In this document: positions 46,672 to 62,312 of the stretch, piece after piece | Numbering within the stretch: position 1 is the stretch's first letter | Layout of the letters: every line of letters starts with the position of its first letter | Assembly: GCF_009914755.1 (NCBI RefSeq) | Contig: NC_060925.1 | DNA: 64,000 bases | DNA from: the human T2T-CHM13v2.0 reference genome, Homo sapiens | Strand: one strand, 5' to 3' | Made by a program: the position numbers and the translations under genes | Notes under the pieces: model-generated | The model's input: only the letters and a program-made list of their open reading frames with translations | Told to the model about the DNA's origin: nothing | The model's database searches: none

Positions 46672-48091
46672 CTGCAAGGACAGGACCGTGGTGAGGGCCT
46701 TGCCCACTCCTGCCTGTCTGCTCCCCCTAACACCTGGATCGCCAGGGAAACGCCAGGCCTGAGCCAGCAGAAACCAGCGCAGCAGGCAGGCCCTCACCCC
46801 ACCGCTGCTGCCTCACAAGGACGGCCGGAGGCTGCAGGGGGAGAGCGTCCCGGGCAGCCCCCACCTCCCCACCGACCCTCACAGGACCTGAAGCTGGGAG
46901 GAGCTGGGAGGAGCCTGGAGCTGGATTCTGAGAGGGGCCCAGCACGGAGACCTGGCGGCCAGGGCTCAGACCCACACATGCACAGCGGGGCCGACCAACC
47001 CTCACCGCCAGCGCTTCCACACCACCAACAAGCGAGCGGGGGCAGCCTGGTCATCGGAGCATCCTGGCCTCCATCCACCAGAGCCCCTGGCAGAGGGCCG
47101 CTGCCCCAGAGTGAGCAGGCCCGGCTCCTAGGCACACCTGCCCTGGCACCGGCAGCTCGTTACTCGCCATCTCCACTGTCCCCTGGTCCCCAGCCTTGGC
47201 CAGCACCCAGTGCCTCTAAGCAAGGAGCGGCCTGTCTGTGACTCAGCTCTGGCCAACGTGACCCAAGCAGAAATCGTGCAATAACTTCTGGGACGACATT
47301 TTCTTATGACCTTTTCTCCTGCCAGGCGATCATGAAGACCGTCCCTGGCGCTTCAGCAGCCACACTGGACCGTGAGGCACGTGGGGACCAGAAGCCATGC
47401 TGGGTGGGCCAGGCGGAGCGCAGGAGCCTCTGCGGCCACACAGCAGCTTCTCCCAGCGCCCGCCCGCCTGGCTCCCGGGCTTTCCAAACACACCATCTTC
47501 TTTCTTGGTGAAGCTGTTCTGTTTTTCTGTCTTTCACAGACATTCATCAAATCACAGAGGCAGAGGCAGAGGCAGAGGCGGGACGGTGCGTGGGGCTCTC
47601 CTCAGGCAGGTCCTTTCGTCACAGCCCAGCACCTCCACGCCGCAGCAGGGTGGCTACAGAAGCCTTGGGGTGCCCCGGCCCCTCTGTGCAAGGGAGACAT
47701 GCAGGGCCCACTGGGGAAGGCAGGTGTGCAGAAGGCCAAGTCCAGGGGTGGACGGCGGACACAGAGCCCTTGGCAGCCTCCAGGCTCACGTGGGGCACAC
47801 CTCCGACTGCACCGCATCCCGGAGAGCTGCATGCTCTGCTCACTGAGGTGGGGCTGTGTCCGCCACGGGGAAGAGACAAGGTACCAGGCGTTCCCTGGAG
47901 CCGTGTCCTGGGAGAGGGACTAAGCCTGTGTTGGGGAGGTCCCTGTGCAGCGTCTCTCAGCTGAGCAAAGGGCATTGCAGGGGGGCCTCCTGTGCCAAAG
48001 CTGTGGAGTGACTCACTGAACTACCAGCAGGCGCCCCCGACACAGGCGAGCTGAGCAGACCTTGCCCCAAGCAGCAGGGCCGGCCTCAGGT

Positions 48092-48335
48092 CTCGGCCAC
48101 TCCCCTCTGTCACGGCCTCGGCCACTCCCCACTGTCACGGCCTCGGCCACTCCCCTCTGTCACGGCCTCGGCCACTCCCCACTGTCACGGCCTCGGCCAC
48201 TCCCCACTGTCACGGCCTCGGCCACTCCCCTGTCACGGCCTCGGCCACTCCCCTCTGTCACGGCCTCGGCCACCCCCTCTGTCACGGCCTCGGCCACTCC
48301 CCTCTGTCACGGCCTCGGTCACTCCCCTCTGTCAC
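48092..48335. repeat. 25-bp VNTR, ~10 units (ctcggccactcccc(t/a)ctgtcacggc)
   Basis: Nearly perfect tandem units. Confidence 0.95.
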
Positions 48336-48372
48336 AACCTCTGCCCAGCGCGGCGCCCAGCCGGGTACTTAC

Positions 48373-48491
48373 ACACTGGCAGAGCTCACAGATGAGAAAC
48401 GCCCCCAGGGTGGCCTCCTCGTGGTTGTCCTGGATGTCCACATTGACCACGTGCACAGGCTGGCAGGTCTCCTGTTCTCTGGAATTCAGAT
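48373..48491 (-). CDS. SSU72: SSU72 penultimate exon (119 nt)
   Basis: DLNSREQETCQPVHVVNVDIQDNHEEATLGAFLICELCQC; GTAAGT donor. Confidence 0.96.
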
Positions 48492-49011
48492 CTGATTGGG
48501 ACAAGGTGACACAGACGTCAGAGGCTCCAAAACCAGGGAACAGGCAGTCAATGTGGCTGAGTCCCCAGCTCTGCCGGCTGCAGGCCCAGCCCAGCCCCAG
48601 TGGTTTCTGGACTCTGCAGTTTGGGGAGCACAATGAATGAGCCTCAAACCGAAGGCGGCTGATGGTTCGAGGAAACCTGAGCAAATCTCCAACTCAGCAC
48701 AAGCTGGTCTGGGACTCCCCACCCACCAGCCAGTCCTGGGGTGAACCGTGACTGGCATTGCGACCCTTCCCCGTCACTAAAGACCAGCCCTCCCTGCTCC
48801 ACCGCCAGCTCCACACAGGGTCCATCCGCTTGAAAAATGGGCCTGGCGCGGTGGCTCTCGCCTGTGATCCCAGCACTTTGGGAGGCTGAGGCGGGCGGAT
48901 CACTTGAGGACAGGAGTTCAAGACCAGCCTGGCCAACATGGTGAAACCCCGTCTCTACTAAAAATACAAAAATCAGCTGGGTGTGGTGGCACACGCCTGT
49001 AGTCCCAGCTA

Positions 49012-49269
<258 letters not shown>

Positions 49270-49366
49270 CTAGACGGGCTGTACTGGTCATGGTGGGGCC
49301 CTGCAGGCATCCCCAGACCCTGTGAGAGCTGCTGGAGCCCAGCCCAGCACGCAGCCGCCTCCTCAC

Positions 49367-49506
49367 CTTCCACCACCTGGTCATACACTCTCTCTTCGCA
49401 AGTGAGGATCAGATCAAACAGGTCTTTGCAGTTCTGGAATCTTTCTGGCCGGGGCTTGATTCTCTTATTTCTGTCCAGCATATGTAAAATCCCATTCTGT
49501 GTATAG
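49367..49506 (-). CDS. SSU72: SSU72 internal exon (140 nt); upstream exons lie beyond the window
   Basis: YTQNGILHMLDRNKRIKPRPERFQNCKDLFDLILTCEERVYDQVVE. Confidence 0.96.
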
Positions 49507-52500
49507 CTACACATGGGAGTTAAGGAACGTCAGAGAAAAGGCATCTGTGTATGAAGCCTGGAAGCGCCTGTGTCCTGGACACCCAGCCCCTTCCCTGCCC
49601 CACAGCAGAGGCAGCCGGGACGAAGGCCTGGACAGCGGAGTGGGCCATGCCCTGGTGAGGCAGGGGCCTCACTGTCCTAGGAGGTCCCACAGAAAACAAA
49701 GTGGGCGATGGCAGGTGCTTGCTCCTCGCTGTCCCCCAACTCGGCAAAAAGACCCAAGGCCCGCAGGACACCCCCCGCCCCCGCCCAGCATGACACCTTC
49801 TACCCAGACCTCTCCCCTCACTGCTGGCCCGGCCCAAGCTGCCCTTGGCCTCAGTCACTGTGTCTCCGCAGTCGGATCCTTCTTCCTCCCTCTGCTCCCT
49901 GTGCAGTGCATGCTGGCTCTGAAACCTCAGCCCTTCAGCAGAGACAAAGCAAACCCGGAAACCCAGTCCCCAGTCTAGCTCAGCTACAACAGAGTCAAGA
50001 ACATCGGAAAACCCAAAGAAAGGAAGCTCCAGGCCGGGCGCAGTGGCTTATGCCTGTAATCCCAGCACTTTCGGAGGCCGAGGTGGGCGGATCACGAGGT
50101 CAGGAGACCGAGACCATCCTGGCTAACACGGTAAAACCCCGTCTCTACTAAAAATACAAAAATTAGACGGACATAGTGGCACATGCCTGCAATCCCAGCT
50201 AATCGGGAGGCTGAGGTTGCAGTGAGCCAAGATCATGCCACTGCACTCCAGCCTGGTCAACAGAGCAAGACTGTCTCAAAAAGAAAAAGAAAAAAAAACA
50301 GAAGGTTCAGCAGCAATCAGCCTGGAAAACGCTGATACAAAAACCAAGAGGGCAAGACAGTCGAGGAGGGAGATGCCACAGCCTCACTGACTATGGGATG
50401 GTGGAGGGCAGGATGAGGCCTGAAGGCACTTGGCGTCCAGCCCAGCTGAAAGGGGGCCTTGGGGTGAACGCTGACACACACCGGCCCCAGCAGTCCCAGG
50501 AAGGGGCCACAGGAGCCTCTGGGGTCCTCAGGGTGGGGCATCCTCCCACCATCCACAGTGGCCATGCCTGGCCTCAGGGGTTCCCAAGGAAGGGGCTCAC
50601 TTCCCCAAAAAGAGAGACTGGGTTCCCAAAGATGAGCTCTGTGGTCTGCAGGAGCTCATTTGAGCCATTCCAGATGGTCAGGGACAAGTAACCACTTTCA
50701 GATAAACAGCCTAGCTGACAGGAATTCTAAGTGAACTCAGCTACCTTCCTGGGTAGCAAAAATAGTTTTTATAATAGTTTTATAATACATTGAAGTGGTT
50801 GATCTAACGGCATCTGACCCTGAGCTGCATCCTTGGGTCACTGTCAGCAGCGTGGAAGTCACACACCCACCCCTGACGTGTGTCTCCTCCTGCACATTGG
50901 AGTCCCGCCTGTGTCCCCGAGGCCCCTGGAAGCAGCTATGACACCCGGGTCCATCTCTGGGGAACTTAGTCCTTCAGCCGCTGAGAATCAAAGTCTGCGG
51001 AAAGAAGAGCTCGAGGCCGGGTGCGGCGGCTCACGCCTGTCATCCCAGCATTCTAGGAGGCCGGGCGTGGCGACTCACACCTGTCATCCCAGCACATCGA
51101 GAGGCCGAGGCGGGTGGATCACCTGAGGTCAGGTGTTTGAGACCAGCCTGGCCAAGATGGTGAAACCCCGTCTCTACTAAAAATACAAAAGTTAGCCAGG
51201 TGGGGCGGCACACACCTGTAATCTCAGCTACAGCTACTCAGGAGGCTGAGGCACGAGAGTTGCTTCAACCCGGGCGGCGGAGGTTGCAGTGAGCCGAGAT
51301 CACACCACGGCACTTCGGCCTGGGCGACAGAGTAAAACTCCTTCTGGAAAACAACAACAACAACAAAAAAAAAAAAAAAAAAAAAAAAGGCCGGGCGCGG
51401 TGGCTCACACCTGTAATCCCAGCTACTCGGGAGGCTGAGGCAGGAGAAGCTTGAACCTGGGAGGCGGAGCTTGCAGTGAGCTGAGATCGTGACACTGCAC
51501 TCCAGCCTGGGCAACAAGAGCAAGACACCGTCTCAAAAAGAAAAGAAAAAAAAGAGCTCAAGACGGCCTGACCTTGTTGTGTGCAGCCACATGCAGAGGG
51601 GCAGGTGCAGGGACCGGCTCACGGAGAGGAACCGGGGTCAGGGTGCAGGGGTCCAGTGGCAGCTTCATGGTGGGCACAGGGATCACCCTCCCTGCACATC
51701 CCTGAGCAAGACACAGCCGGGGGTGAGGCCGTGGGGGCTCCTGGGGATGGGACTGGTGTCACTGGCTGGCAGAGCTCATGGACGTTCAAGGCCAGCTCTT
51801 CCCTGAGGCCTGGACAGTTCTAAGTCCTTTCCTCCTTTACGTCATTCTCAACTATTTATGTAGATGAGGCAATAAATTAAGAATCATTCAGTTAAGGAGA
51901 AATGTCTACTTCAGGGACAAAGCAGCAGCCTCCTCAGCTACACAAGGATGAGCGAGCAGCCACCCTTCTGGATCTCCTGGCGAGGAGATGCGAGGTGAGG
52001 CCCCGCCCAGAGGGCTAGACCTGCAAGCCCCACCAGAGGCTGTGAGGACCTGAGGAGGACCAAAGGGACCACAGACCAAGCCATGAGCTCACAGGGACGC
52101 AAGATCCCACCTGAATTCCGGCAGCAAAACCACGGTGCCAGTGAGTGCCACGAGGCAAAGGCTCAGAGCAAGGCGAGAGGACAGGAGCCGCTGGCGGGTG
52201 AGGCGGGGCCTTCAATAGACAGGCTCAGGGCCACGGGGAGGCTGAGCAGGTTTCGGGCCTGCGTGCGAGAGCCTGCTCTTCAAGTCATGGGGAAATCCTT
52301 TCTGAAGGAAGAACCTAAGTACTGCCGGGCGGGAGGAAGGGGAGAGAGGCGCCATCGGAACAGAAACCTGTCCCATCTTCCGGACACCTGCGCCGCCCAG
52401 GTCCTGCAGAAGTCCCACTGACGCAAAGCGTTCGACATTGAACCCACAAAGAAAGAAACCAAAGACTCAGCCCGGGCAAGAAGGCGACACCAGGCGGAGG

Positions 52501-52937
52501 GCCTGACCCATGCTAGGGCCCCAACTGGGCATGAGGGCCTGAAACGTACCCAGAAAAGTGGGCCAAGAGAGGGCCCAGGGCAGGGCAGGCAAAGAGGATG
52601 TGCCATCCATAGAATCGACTGCCCCCATTGGACTCCCAGGGCCTGGACATCCGGCTTTGCACAGTCCCTGCGGCCTCAGGGACCACGTTCAGTAGAGGGC
52701 GGCCAACACCCGAAGGCCATGAAACAGAGGCACACAGGAGCCTCAGCTGAAGTTAACACACATCTAAGAAATAAACTCCCAGCTGGGCGCGGTGGCTCAC
52801 ACCTGTAATCCCAGCACTTTGGGAGGCTGAGACAGGCGGATCACAAGGTCAGGAGTTTGAGACCAGCCTGGCCAATATGGTGAAACTCATCTATACCAAA
52901 TTACAAAAATTAGCCAGGCGTCGTGGCAGGCGCCTTA

Positions 52938-53219
<282 letters not shown>

Positions 53220-56200
53220 TCACCCACTCTGCGTCCTCCCACTCGCCCCCGGAGGCCTTCTGGACTTTGGCGTAAACAGGAGGAGCAGGCCCATCAGACC
53301 CTTGAGTGAGATTCCCATGGGTTGAGCACGTGTGGCCAATCCCGAGAGGCCACCGGCCAGCATGAGCCAATGTCCTGGCCCTCCCTGCCCTGTTGGTGTC
53401 ACTCCCGTCCCACAGTGACGTCTGGAACCCTCCCCCGGTGTGTGGCTGCATGGCCTCCTGAGTCTGGGGATGGGAGAATAAGGCTTGTGCTGGAGGCCTT
53501 GGGCTGTGACACATACCTGTGGTCCCAGCTACTCGGGAGGCCGAGGCAGGAGGATGCCTTGAATCCAGGAGGGACCCAGAGAGATCTGGAATATTGTCTC
53601 ATGCAACAGAAAGTGTCATCAACACAGAATCACGTTAAAATTCTGTGGGGGACTAACCATCAGAGAAACAAACTAAGCTTTCTGTCCACACAGAGCAACA
53701 AAGAAACCCTGCCTCTACAAAAAATAAAAAATTACCAGCCTGGGGCCGGGCACGGTGGCTCACGCCTGTAATCCCAGAACTTTGCGAGGCCGAGGCAGGT
53801 GGATCACAAGATCAGGAAATCGAGACCATCCTGGCTACCACAGGGAAACCCTGTCTCTACTAAAAACACAAAAAATTAGCCAGGCGTGGTGGCAGGCGCC
53901 TGTAGTCCCGGCTACTCAGGAGGCTGAGGCGGGAGAATGGCGTGAACCCGGAGGCGGAGCTTGCAGTGAGCAAGATCGCACCACCGCACTCCAGCCTGGG
54001 GGACAGAGCGAGACTCTGTCTCAAAAAAAAAAAAGAAAGAAAAAGAAAAAAAAAGGCTGCAGCCAGGCATGGTGGCTCACACCTATAATCCCACCACTTT
54101 GGGAGGCCGAGGCGGATGGCTTATCTGAGGTCAGGAGTTCGAGACCAGCCTGACCAATATGGCAAAACCCTGACTCTACTAAAGTACAAAAATTATGGCT
54201 GGGCGCAGTGGCTCACGCCTGTAATCCCAGCACTTTGGGAGGCCGAGGCGGGTGGATCACAAGGTCAGGAGATCGAGACCATCCTGGCTAACATGGTGAA
54301 ACCCCATCTTTACTAAAAATATAAAAAATTAGCCGGGCATGGTGGCGGGTGCCTGTAATCCCACTGCTCAGGAGGCTGGGGCAGGAGAATAGCTTGAACC
54401 CAGGAGGTGGAGGTTGCAGTGAGCCGAGATTGCGCCTCTATACTCCAGCCTGGGTGACAAGAGCGAGACTCTGTCTCAAAAAAAAAAAAAAAAGATGGCA
54501 AAACCCCGTCTTCTCTACTAAAAATACAAAAATTAGCCAGGCATGGTGGTGCACACCTGTGATTCCAGCCTCCTCCGGAGGCAGAGGCACAAGAATCACT
54601 TGAACCTGGGAGGGGAGATTGCCATGAGCCGAGATCACATCACTACACTCCAGCCTGAGACAGAGCGAGAGTGTCTCAAAAAAAAAAAAAAAAAAGTATA
54701 TATATATATATGTATATAAATCATGGCATCCAAGACAAGTCCACATGCCACCCAACCAGCAGACAACCCCCGCCATCCTCCACGCCAGCCCGGCTGGGGG
54801 TAGCTGGTGCCTCAGAGGGGCCACCCTTCAGGGTTCTTGGCAACGTGTTATTCTGAATGTCTGCTCTTTTCTTTCGAGTTAAGGCACATTTGTTCAATTT
54901 TAATTCAGGCAATTTTCAGCAGACATGAGTTTAACCCTAACCATGACTTTCCTGGCTAAGCCTAATGCTTTTGACCCTCCAGCAATTCCCAGACACCAGC
55001 GGACACCACAGGCCCTTTGCCAGCACTCAGAGAATCAGTGCCTGGGCCCTTGCCTCTCGCCAGACCCCACGGGGCCTTGAGCCCCGGGCCCCAGGCTGCT
55101 GGCCCCCCTCAAGTGCCTGCCAGGGATGGTCCCGGGCCCAGGGAGTCAGGACGAGGCAGTGATCTCGCCTGGCAGAGCCTCAACACTGTTCTGTTGTGGG
55201 AGGAAGATGGAGGGAGGGCGGAGGTTTAGCAAAGCACCACACCAGGGAGGACAAGCCTGCCGGAGCCAGGGACCATGGACTGGTGCCGGCCGGAAGGCCT
55301 GGTGGTTCATCAGCAGGAAGGCTGCACCCACCACTCACTCCACTGAACCATCACCCACCACACGCCCCTCCCTCCCTGCTGGGCCTGGGAGGTGCACAGA
55401 CCCTGGGGCATCTCGTGGTCTAGGACCTCCTCTTAAGCTGGACTGAGTTGGGCCCAGGTTTCTGCTGTGGACACATCCACCCCCCAGAAAGCTCCTGTCC
55501 TGCCAGCGCCCCCAGGCTGCCCGGGCCTTCAACAACCTCTACAGGGCAGAGCAGGCCTGGCTGCTTCCCCAGGCCAGCTGCACGGGGACCTTCCATGTGG
55601 GTTAAATGTCCACACCCCAGGCAAAGCCTAAAGCACACACTGGATCTGGACACACACTGCTCCCTGCAGGCAGAAACAAGGCTGCAGTCCCAGCCATGGA
55701 GAAGCCACACACGTCTCCCAGAGGCTGCGGGAGGTATAAATAGCACCATTTGTAGGAATGAAAAAACAGTAATGAAAACTAGAAAAATAAGCCCCACAGT
55801 AAAGACACTCAGTGTGTGGCCCACAGCTCTCCAGCCTGCCAGGCATGGGGAGGACCCCAGAGGCTGCAAAGGGAACAGCAGCAGGGTGAGCCCCTGAGCA
55901 GGCACGCTGGGCAGCTTCTCCCCAAATCACAGCACCCAAGCTGCTTTTGTTGGGCTACAATCAGCAAAAAATGAATTGAGAAGTACAAAGTAAATTTCAC
56001 TTGCGATCAAATTCTACCTACGTGTGTGTGCCAGCTGCACCAAATGCTACCTGTACACTCAGATTCCCAGAGCCCATCCCCACTGGTCAGGGAGGGGGAG
56101 GCCTGACAGCTGCTGCACTGGGCGCTGCTTCCCGAGCTCCCATCCTGCCCACCAGCCTTTCTCGACCAGGGTCCCGATTCGCGGACGCCAACGGCCCAAC

Positions 56201-57211
56201 CTATCTCTGCCCCAAATCCACGTGGGACACAGCACCCATGTCCAGGGACATCCTGAACGTTTTGCCCATCCTTACGCCAACGTCACATCGCCCCGAAGGC
56301 CTGAGGGAGGGTGGTGGGGCCCGAGGCCTGTGCTCACCCCATGCAGGCAGGGCCACGCCGGGCCACCACTACCTTTCCCAACAATGGCCCGGTGTGGGCA
56401 GCCCAGTGACTCAGATCCTGTCCATAATGCAACAGAGCACAGCAAAGTCAGCCCCTAAACTCATCAGGAACCTTCCAATTCAGGGGATCCCCAAGCCGGC
56501 ACCCCCACATCTTCCACTAATGTATCAGCAACTCCCCTGGAAACCGAGTGTGAGGCTGACCAGCGTTCCGACCCGGCACTCTGCTACACGTGTGCAGCAG
56601 CAGATGCTCTGGAGGGCGCCGGCTGCCCCAGGGCAGACCATCCTCACGCTGGCCGCGTGGACGCAGGGCCACAGCTTCCTCCGCGAAGCCCTCTGCTTGC
56701 TCAACGGCACCTGCACAGGGAGGTGAGGTCACTTCCAGAGGCCCTGGGAAAACCAGAGAACTAGGCCGTCCCATTTTTCTCAAAGGTAACCACTCCCCAC
56801 ACAACTGGTACTTACACAAGTGGCTCTGCACAGTTTCTGTGATCGTCCCTGTGCGGCCTCCTCCTTAGGGACCGGGAGGTGCTGGCAGTGAGGTCAAAGG
56901 TCAGGGAGCAGGAACCTGCCTGGGACCCCCTTCGATTTTAGGGCCTCCTGACAAATGATCCGGTGTGACTGACAGCACCTTCTACCAGGGTCTTGGTGCC
57001 TGAGCTGTGCCCCACGCCCAGAGGGCGATTCCTCCCGAGCCCCCAGCTCAGAGCCTGAGCTCCAGGGCAGGGCCATCTGCCTGCAAGTGACTGCTCTCCA
57101 TGGCCCTCAGGACGGTGTCTCCTTCCTGAACACTTTCAGTCAGCCTGAGGAGTAAACCCAACAGACGGCAAGATGGCATCACCACACACTATCTAGTCAG
57201 ACTGAGGCTTA

Positions 57212-57608
<397 letters not shown>

Positions 57609-58116
57609 CTAAACCCGAAACATTCCACTTGGAGGAAAGCCGGTCTCTGCACTGTGGCCCCATGGTGTCCGGCTTCACTTGGACAGAAACCCTGGATCTG
57701 TAACCGCAGCCTCACCCTCAGCACTGCTGCCAGCCGAGAAGGGTCTCCGGCTCGGCCCCTCTGTGCCCCCTCAGCAGACAGAACATAAGGGACTTCTTAT
57801 CTCCACCCCAGGACATTCCAGTTATTTAGTTATTTAAAAAAATAATAATACAGTAGTTGTTTTGCCAGGAAATTCAGCTTCGGAATACAACCTTTTAAGG
57901 CTGAGGCAGGCAGATCACGAGGTTAGGAAATCGAGATCATCCTTGCTAACATGGTGAAACCCGTCTCTAGTAAAAGTACAAAAAACTAGGTGGGCGTGGC
58001 CAGGCGCAGCGGCTCATGCCTGTAATCCCAGCACTTTGGGAGGCTGAGGCCAGCAGATCATAAGGTCAGGAGATCGAGACCATCCTGGCTAACACGGTGA
58101 AACCCTGTCTCTACTA

Positions 58117-58293
<177 letters not shown>

Positions 58294-58645
58294 TCAAAAA
58301 AAAAAAAAAAAAGGCACCCAGGCTGACAGACGAACTGGAGCAGGCCGCATCTGAAGGATGTCACCAGTGTGACATTCTCTTGACAATGCAGCTGAACTGT
58401 CTACTGAAAAAAACGGAGGATAAAGACCTCATCCAGAGGAGGCCAGTGGTCACTATGGACTGTCTCAAGCAGGGATCCTCCTGGGGACCACCAGACTACG
58501 TCAGTGGTGAGAACTCAGCAGGTCCGGGGGACGTCAGGTGGCCACGGAGACCACGTGTCAGTGGCCAGGGCCTCTAAAGAGAAACGAGGAGGAAGTGCAG
58601 CTCCAGGGAGTGGAGCGGTTGTGAGATTCACCATCAGCAAAAAGT

Positions 58646-58911
58646 GAAGCTGAGCACGAGGCGGATCCGGACCACTAAGGGGTCCCCACGAAGCTGAGCA
58701 CGAGGCGGATCCGGACCACTAAGGGGTCCCCACGAAGCTGAGCATGAGGCGGACCCGGACCACTCGGGGGCCCCCACGAAGCTGAGCACGAGACGGATCC
58801 GGACCACTCGGGGGTCCCCACGAAGCTGAGCATGAGGCGGATCCGGACCACTCGGGGGTCCCCACGAAGCTGAGCATGAGGCGGATCCGGCCCATTTGGG
58901 GGTCCCCACGA
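58646..58911. repeat. 44-bp VNTR, 6 units
   Basis: gaagctgagca recurs at 58646, 58690, 58734, 58778, 58822 and 58866. Confidence 0.95.
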
Positions 58912-60456
58912 GCCCTCGCTGACCACCCACACCCATTTGATGTGGTTGCTCTCAGGATAAACCACCCAGGGCCCCAAGGTGCCAGGACATACCAGGAAAC
59001 GCCCCAAACACAGCTCGGTTTTCCTTACCAAGGTTTTCTCTTTTCACTCCCTAGGGGCCTTAGTGGGACCAGAACATCCCGGGGAGTTAGAATGAGCGCA
59101 GCTGCCCATCCCACAGGAGAACCGAGAGGCCAGGACCACACTACCCTGCTATGAGTCACCAGGGACTTGAAAGGGAACCCACAGGCACTGCCACGCCAGT
59201 GTGGCTGGCACCAGGGACCGCACTCTCCCACCACGGCCTGGGAAAAAGCCATGTCAGGTGCAGCACGCTGGCCACAGGCACTGGAGCCACGAAAGCAACA
59301 GCCCTGGGCAGCCCAGCACCATCCTGGGTTCCCTGCTGCCGGCGCCAGCCCCACGTACCCCCGACCACCTCAGCTCCTGGCCCTCAGCCTCTCCTTTGCA
59401 AACCGTGGCTGGCAGCAGAGACTTCCTTGACGTCAAGTCTCCTGAAGGTGTTGATGCTCCGTGGAAGCCTTGGTCCTTCCCCGGAAGGCCACACCATCTT
59501 CCCTGCACGTATGACTCATCCCAGAGCATGCTAAGTGCTGCTGCCCTGACAGACACACCCACGAGGGGGGCCAGCTATCACCTTATTGGCCAGATTGTCC
59601 CGGTAACTGAGTGACGGGACACACAGGAACACTGCAGAGCCTGACAGCCATGCCCCTGCCACACACACAGAAGACTCCCCACATCAGAGGGGAGGTCAGA
59701 GGTCTCAAAGGTCAGGTTAGAGCTGGGTCAATCCGTTTCCATGGCAAAACTCAAAGCACCGACACAGGAGGCTCCGGTATCTGTGCTCCTGGTGCATGGC
59801 GGGGATGAGACAGCCTCGGCGGCGCTGGTGGAGCTCCTGGGAGCCTCGCTCCAGCGAGGACAGAGCTGCAGCTCAGCACAGTGACTGCCCAGGGCTCTGA
59901 CCCAGATGCCAACAGCCTGGGCAGTGGCACCTCGGCCAAGAAAGGAGGAACCAGTGCTGCAGGGGCCAGGTGGCGGCTGTGGCAGGCATGTCTGGAGGGA
60001 GTGTCGTGCATGTGGGTGACAAGAACAGCCGAGTGTGCCACAAGCGTGGACGGCAGCTCCGTACTCAGAAGGGCACGGTGAGAAGAGCAGGTGACACCGA
60101 CACGGCTGTGCACAGCACGATGCTCTGGGCTCCCGGGATGGACTGGGATCCACTCACCACACTATGCCACAAGCTTGCCAGCTACCACTTCCATGTCAAC
60201 GTATCAAGAAATACATCTGGGCCGGGCACAGTGGCTGACACCTGTAATCCCAGCACTCTGGGAGGCCAAGGCAGGCAGACTGCTTGAGTTCAGGAATCCA
60301 AGACCAGCCTGGGCAACAGGGCGAAACCTCATTTCTACTAAAAATAAAAAAATCAGGCCAGGTGGGGTGGCTCATGGCTGGAGTCCCAGCTACTCAGGAG
60401 GCTGAGGTGGGAGGATTGAGCCCAGGGACATAAGGCTACAGGGAGCTATGATGTTA

Positions 60457-60714
<258 letters not shown>

Positions 60715-61806
60715 TCACAAGGTCAGGAGATGGAGACCATCCTGGCTAACACGGTGAAACTCCATCTCTATTAAAAATACAAAGAATTAGCCAGGCGTGG
60801 TGGCGGCGTGCCTGTAGTCCCAGCTACTTGGGAAGCTGAGGCAGGAGAATCACTTGAACAAGGTGAAACCCATGTCTACTAAAAATACAAAAAATTAGCC
60901 GGACGTGGTGGGGGGCGCCCGTAATCCCAGCTACTTGCGGGGGCTGAGGCAGGAGAATCGCTTGAACCCAGGAAGTGGAGCTTGCAGTGAGCCAAGACCA
61001 CGCCATTGCACTCCAGCCTGGGCAAAAAGAGCAAAACTCTTGTCTCAAAAAAAAAAAAATTTCATTTTGATAGCGAATGCTTTTTTGGCAAAGCACAGAG
61101 GCTGCACAAACAGAACTCAGGAACCCCTCGAAAAGGTCTCATGGCCATCTCTGGAGCTGCTGGGCACCCAACTGTAACCGTGGCCTCAACACAGAGCCAC
61201 ACAAGGCTCAGGCCAGCTCTGGGGGGGTCCACCATGGCCTTGCGACTGCAGGCACCGTGAAACTACTTTGCAAAAGCATCTCACCTGCTGCAGACTAGGT
61301 GAAAACTCACAGGCTTGTGGGCCCTGACCCTGGGCTACCTCTTGAAGACGAAGGCACAGTCAGCACAGCTGCATTCTGTCCAGACCCTCAAATGACCACC
61401 AGCAACTACCTCAGCCAGTCAGCTCCGTTCTACCTCTGTCATCTCAGATGAGAAGAGCAGGCCAGTATCTCTGGCCTTACCTGAAATATCTTAAGGCCGT
61501 AATTTACATTTTAGGCATGAATGATTTTCTAAAACCCACGATCAGAGTTTCTCTGGGAATCGGCGTCTGGCTTAGGAACACATTCATTTGTTTGACAAAT
61601 ACCTTCCCAAAACTATTTTAAAACACAGCTGCTGGGCGGGACGCAGTGGCTCACACCTGTAATCCCAGGACTTTGGGTGGCCGAGGCGGGTGAATCACTT
61701 GAGGTCAGCAGTTCAAGACCAGCTTGGCCAACATAGTGAAATCCTGTCTCTACTAAAAATACAAAAATTAGCCGGGTGTGGCAGTGCATGCCTATAATCC
61801 CAGCTA

Positions 61807-61981
<175 letters not shown>

Positions 61982-62195
61982 CTATTCATCTGAATTAGCA
62001 TATATATATATATGGGGCCGGACACAGCGGCTCACACCTGTAATCTCAAAACTTTGGAAGGCCAAAACAGGTGGTTCACCGGAGGTCAGGTGTTTTGAGA
62101 CATGTCTGGCCAACGTGGTGAAACCCCATCTCTACTAAAAATACCAAAATTAGCCAGGCGTGGTGGTACGCCGCACCTGTAATCCCAGCTACTCA

Positions 62196-62312
<117 letters not shown>

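Noticed and set aside
58646-58911. CRISPR-like appearance of the tandem repeats (also 48092-48335 and 37283-37497)
   Set aside because: Units are contiguous with no unique spacers, there are no cas genes, and the DNA is human; these are minisatellites
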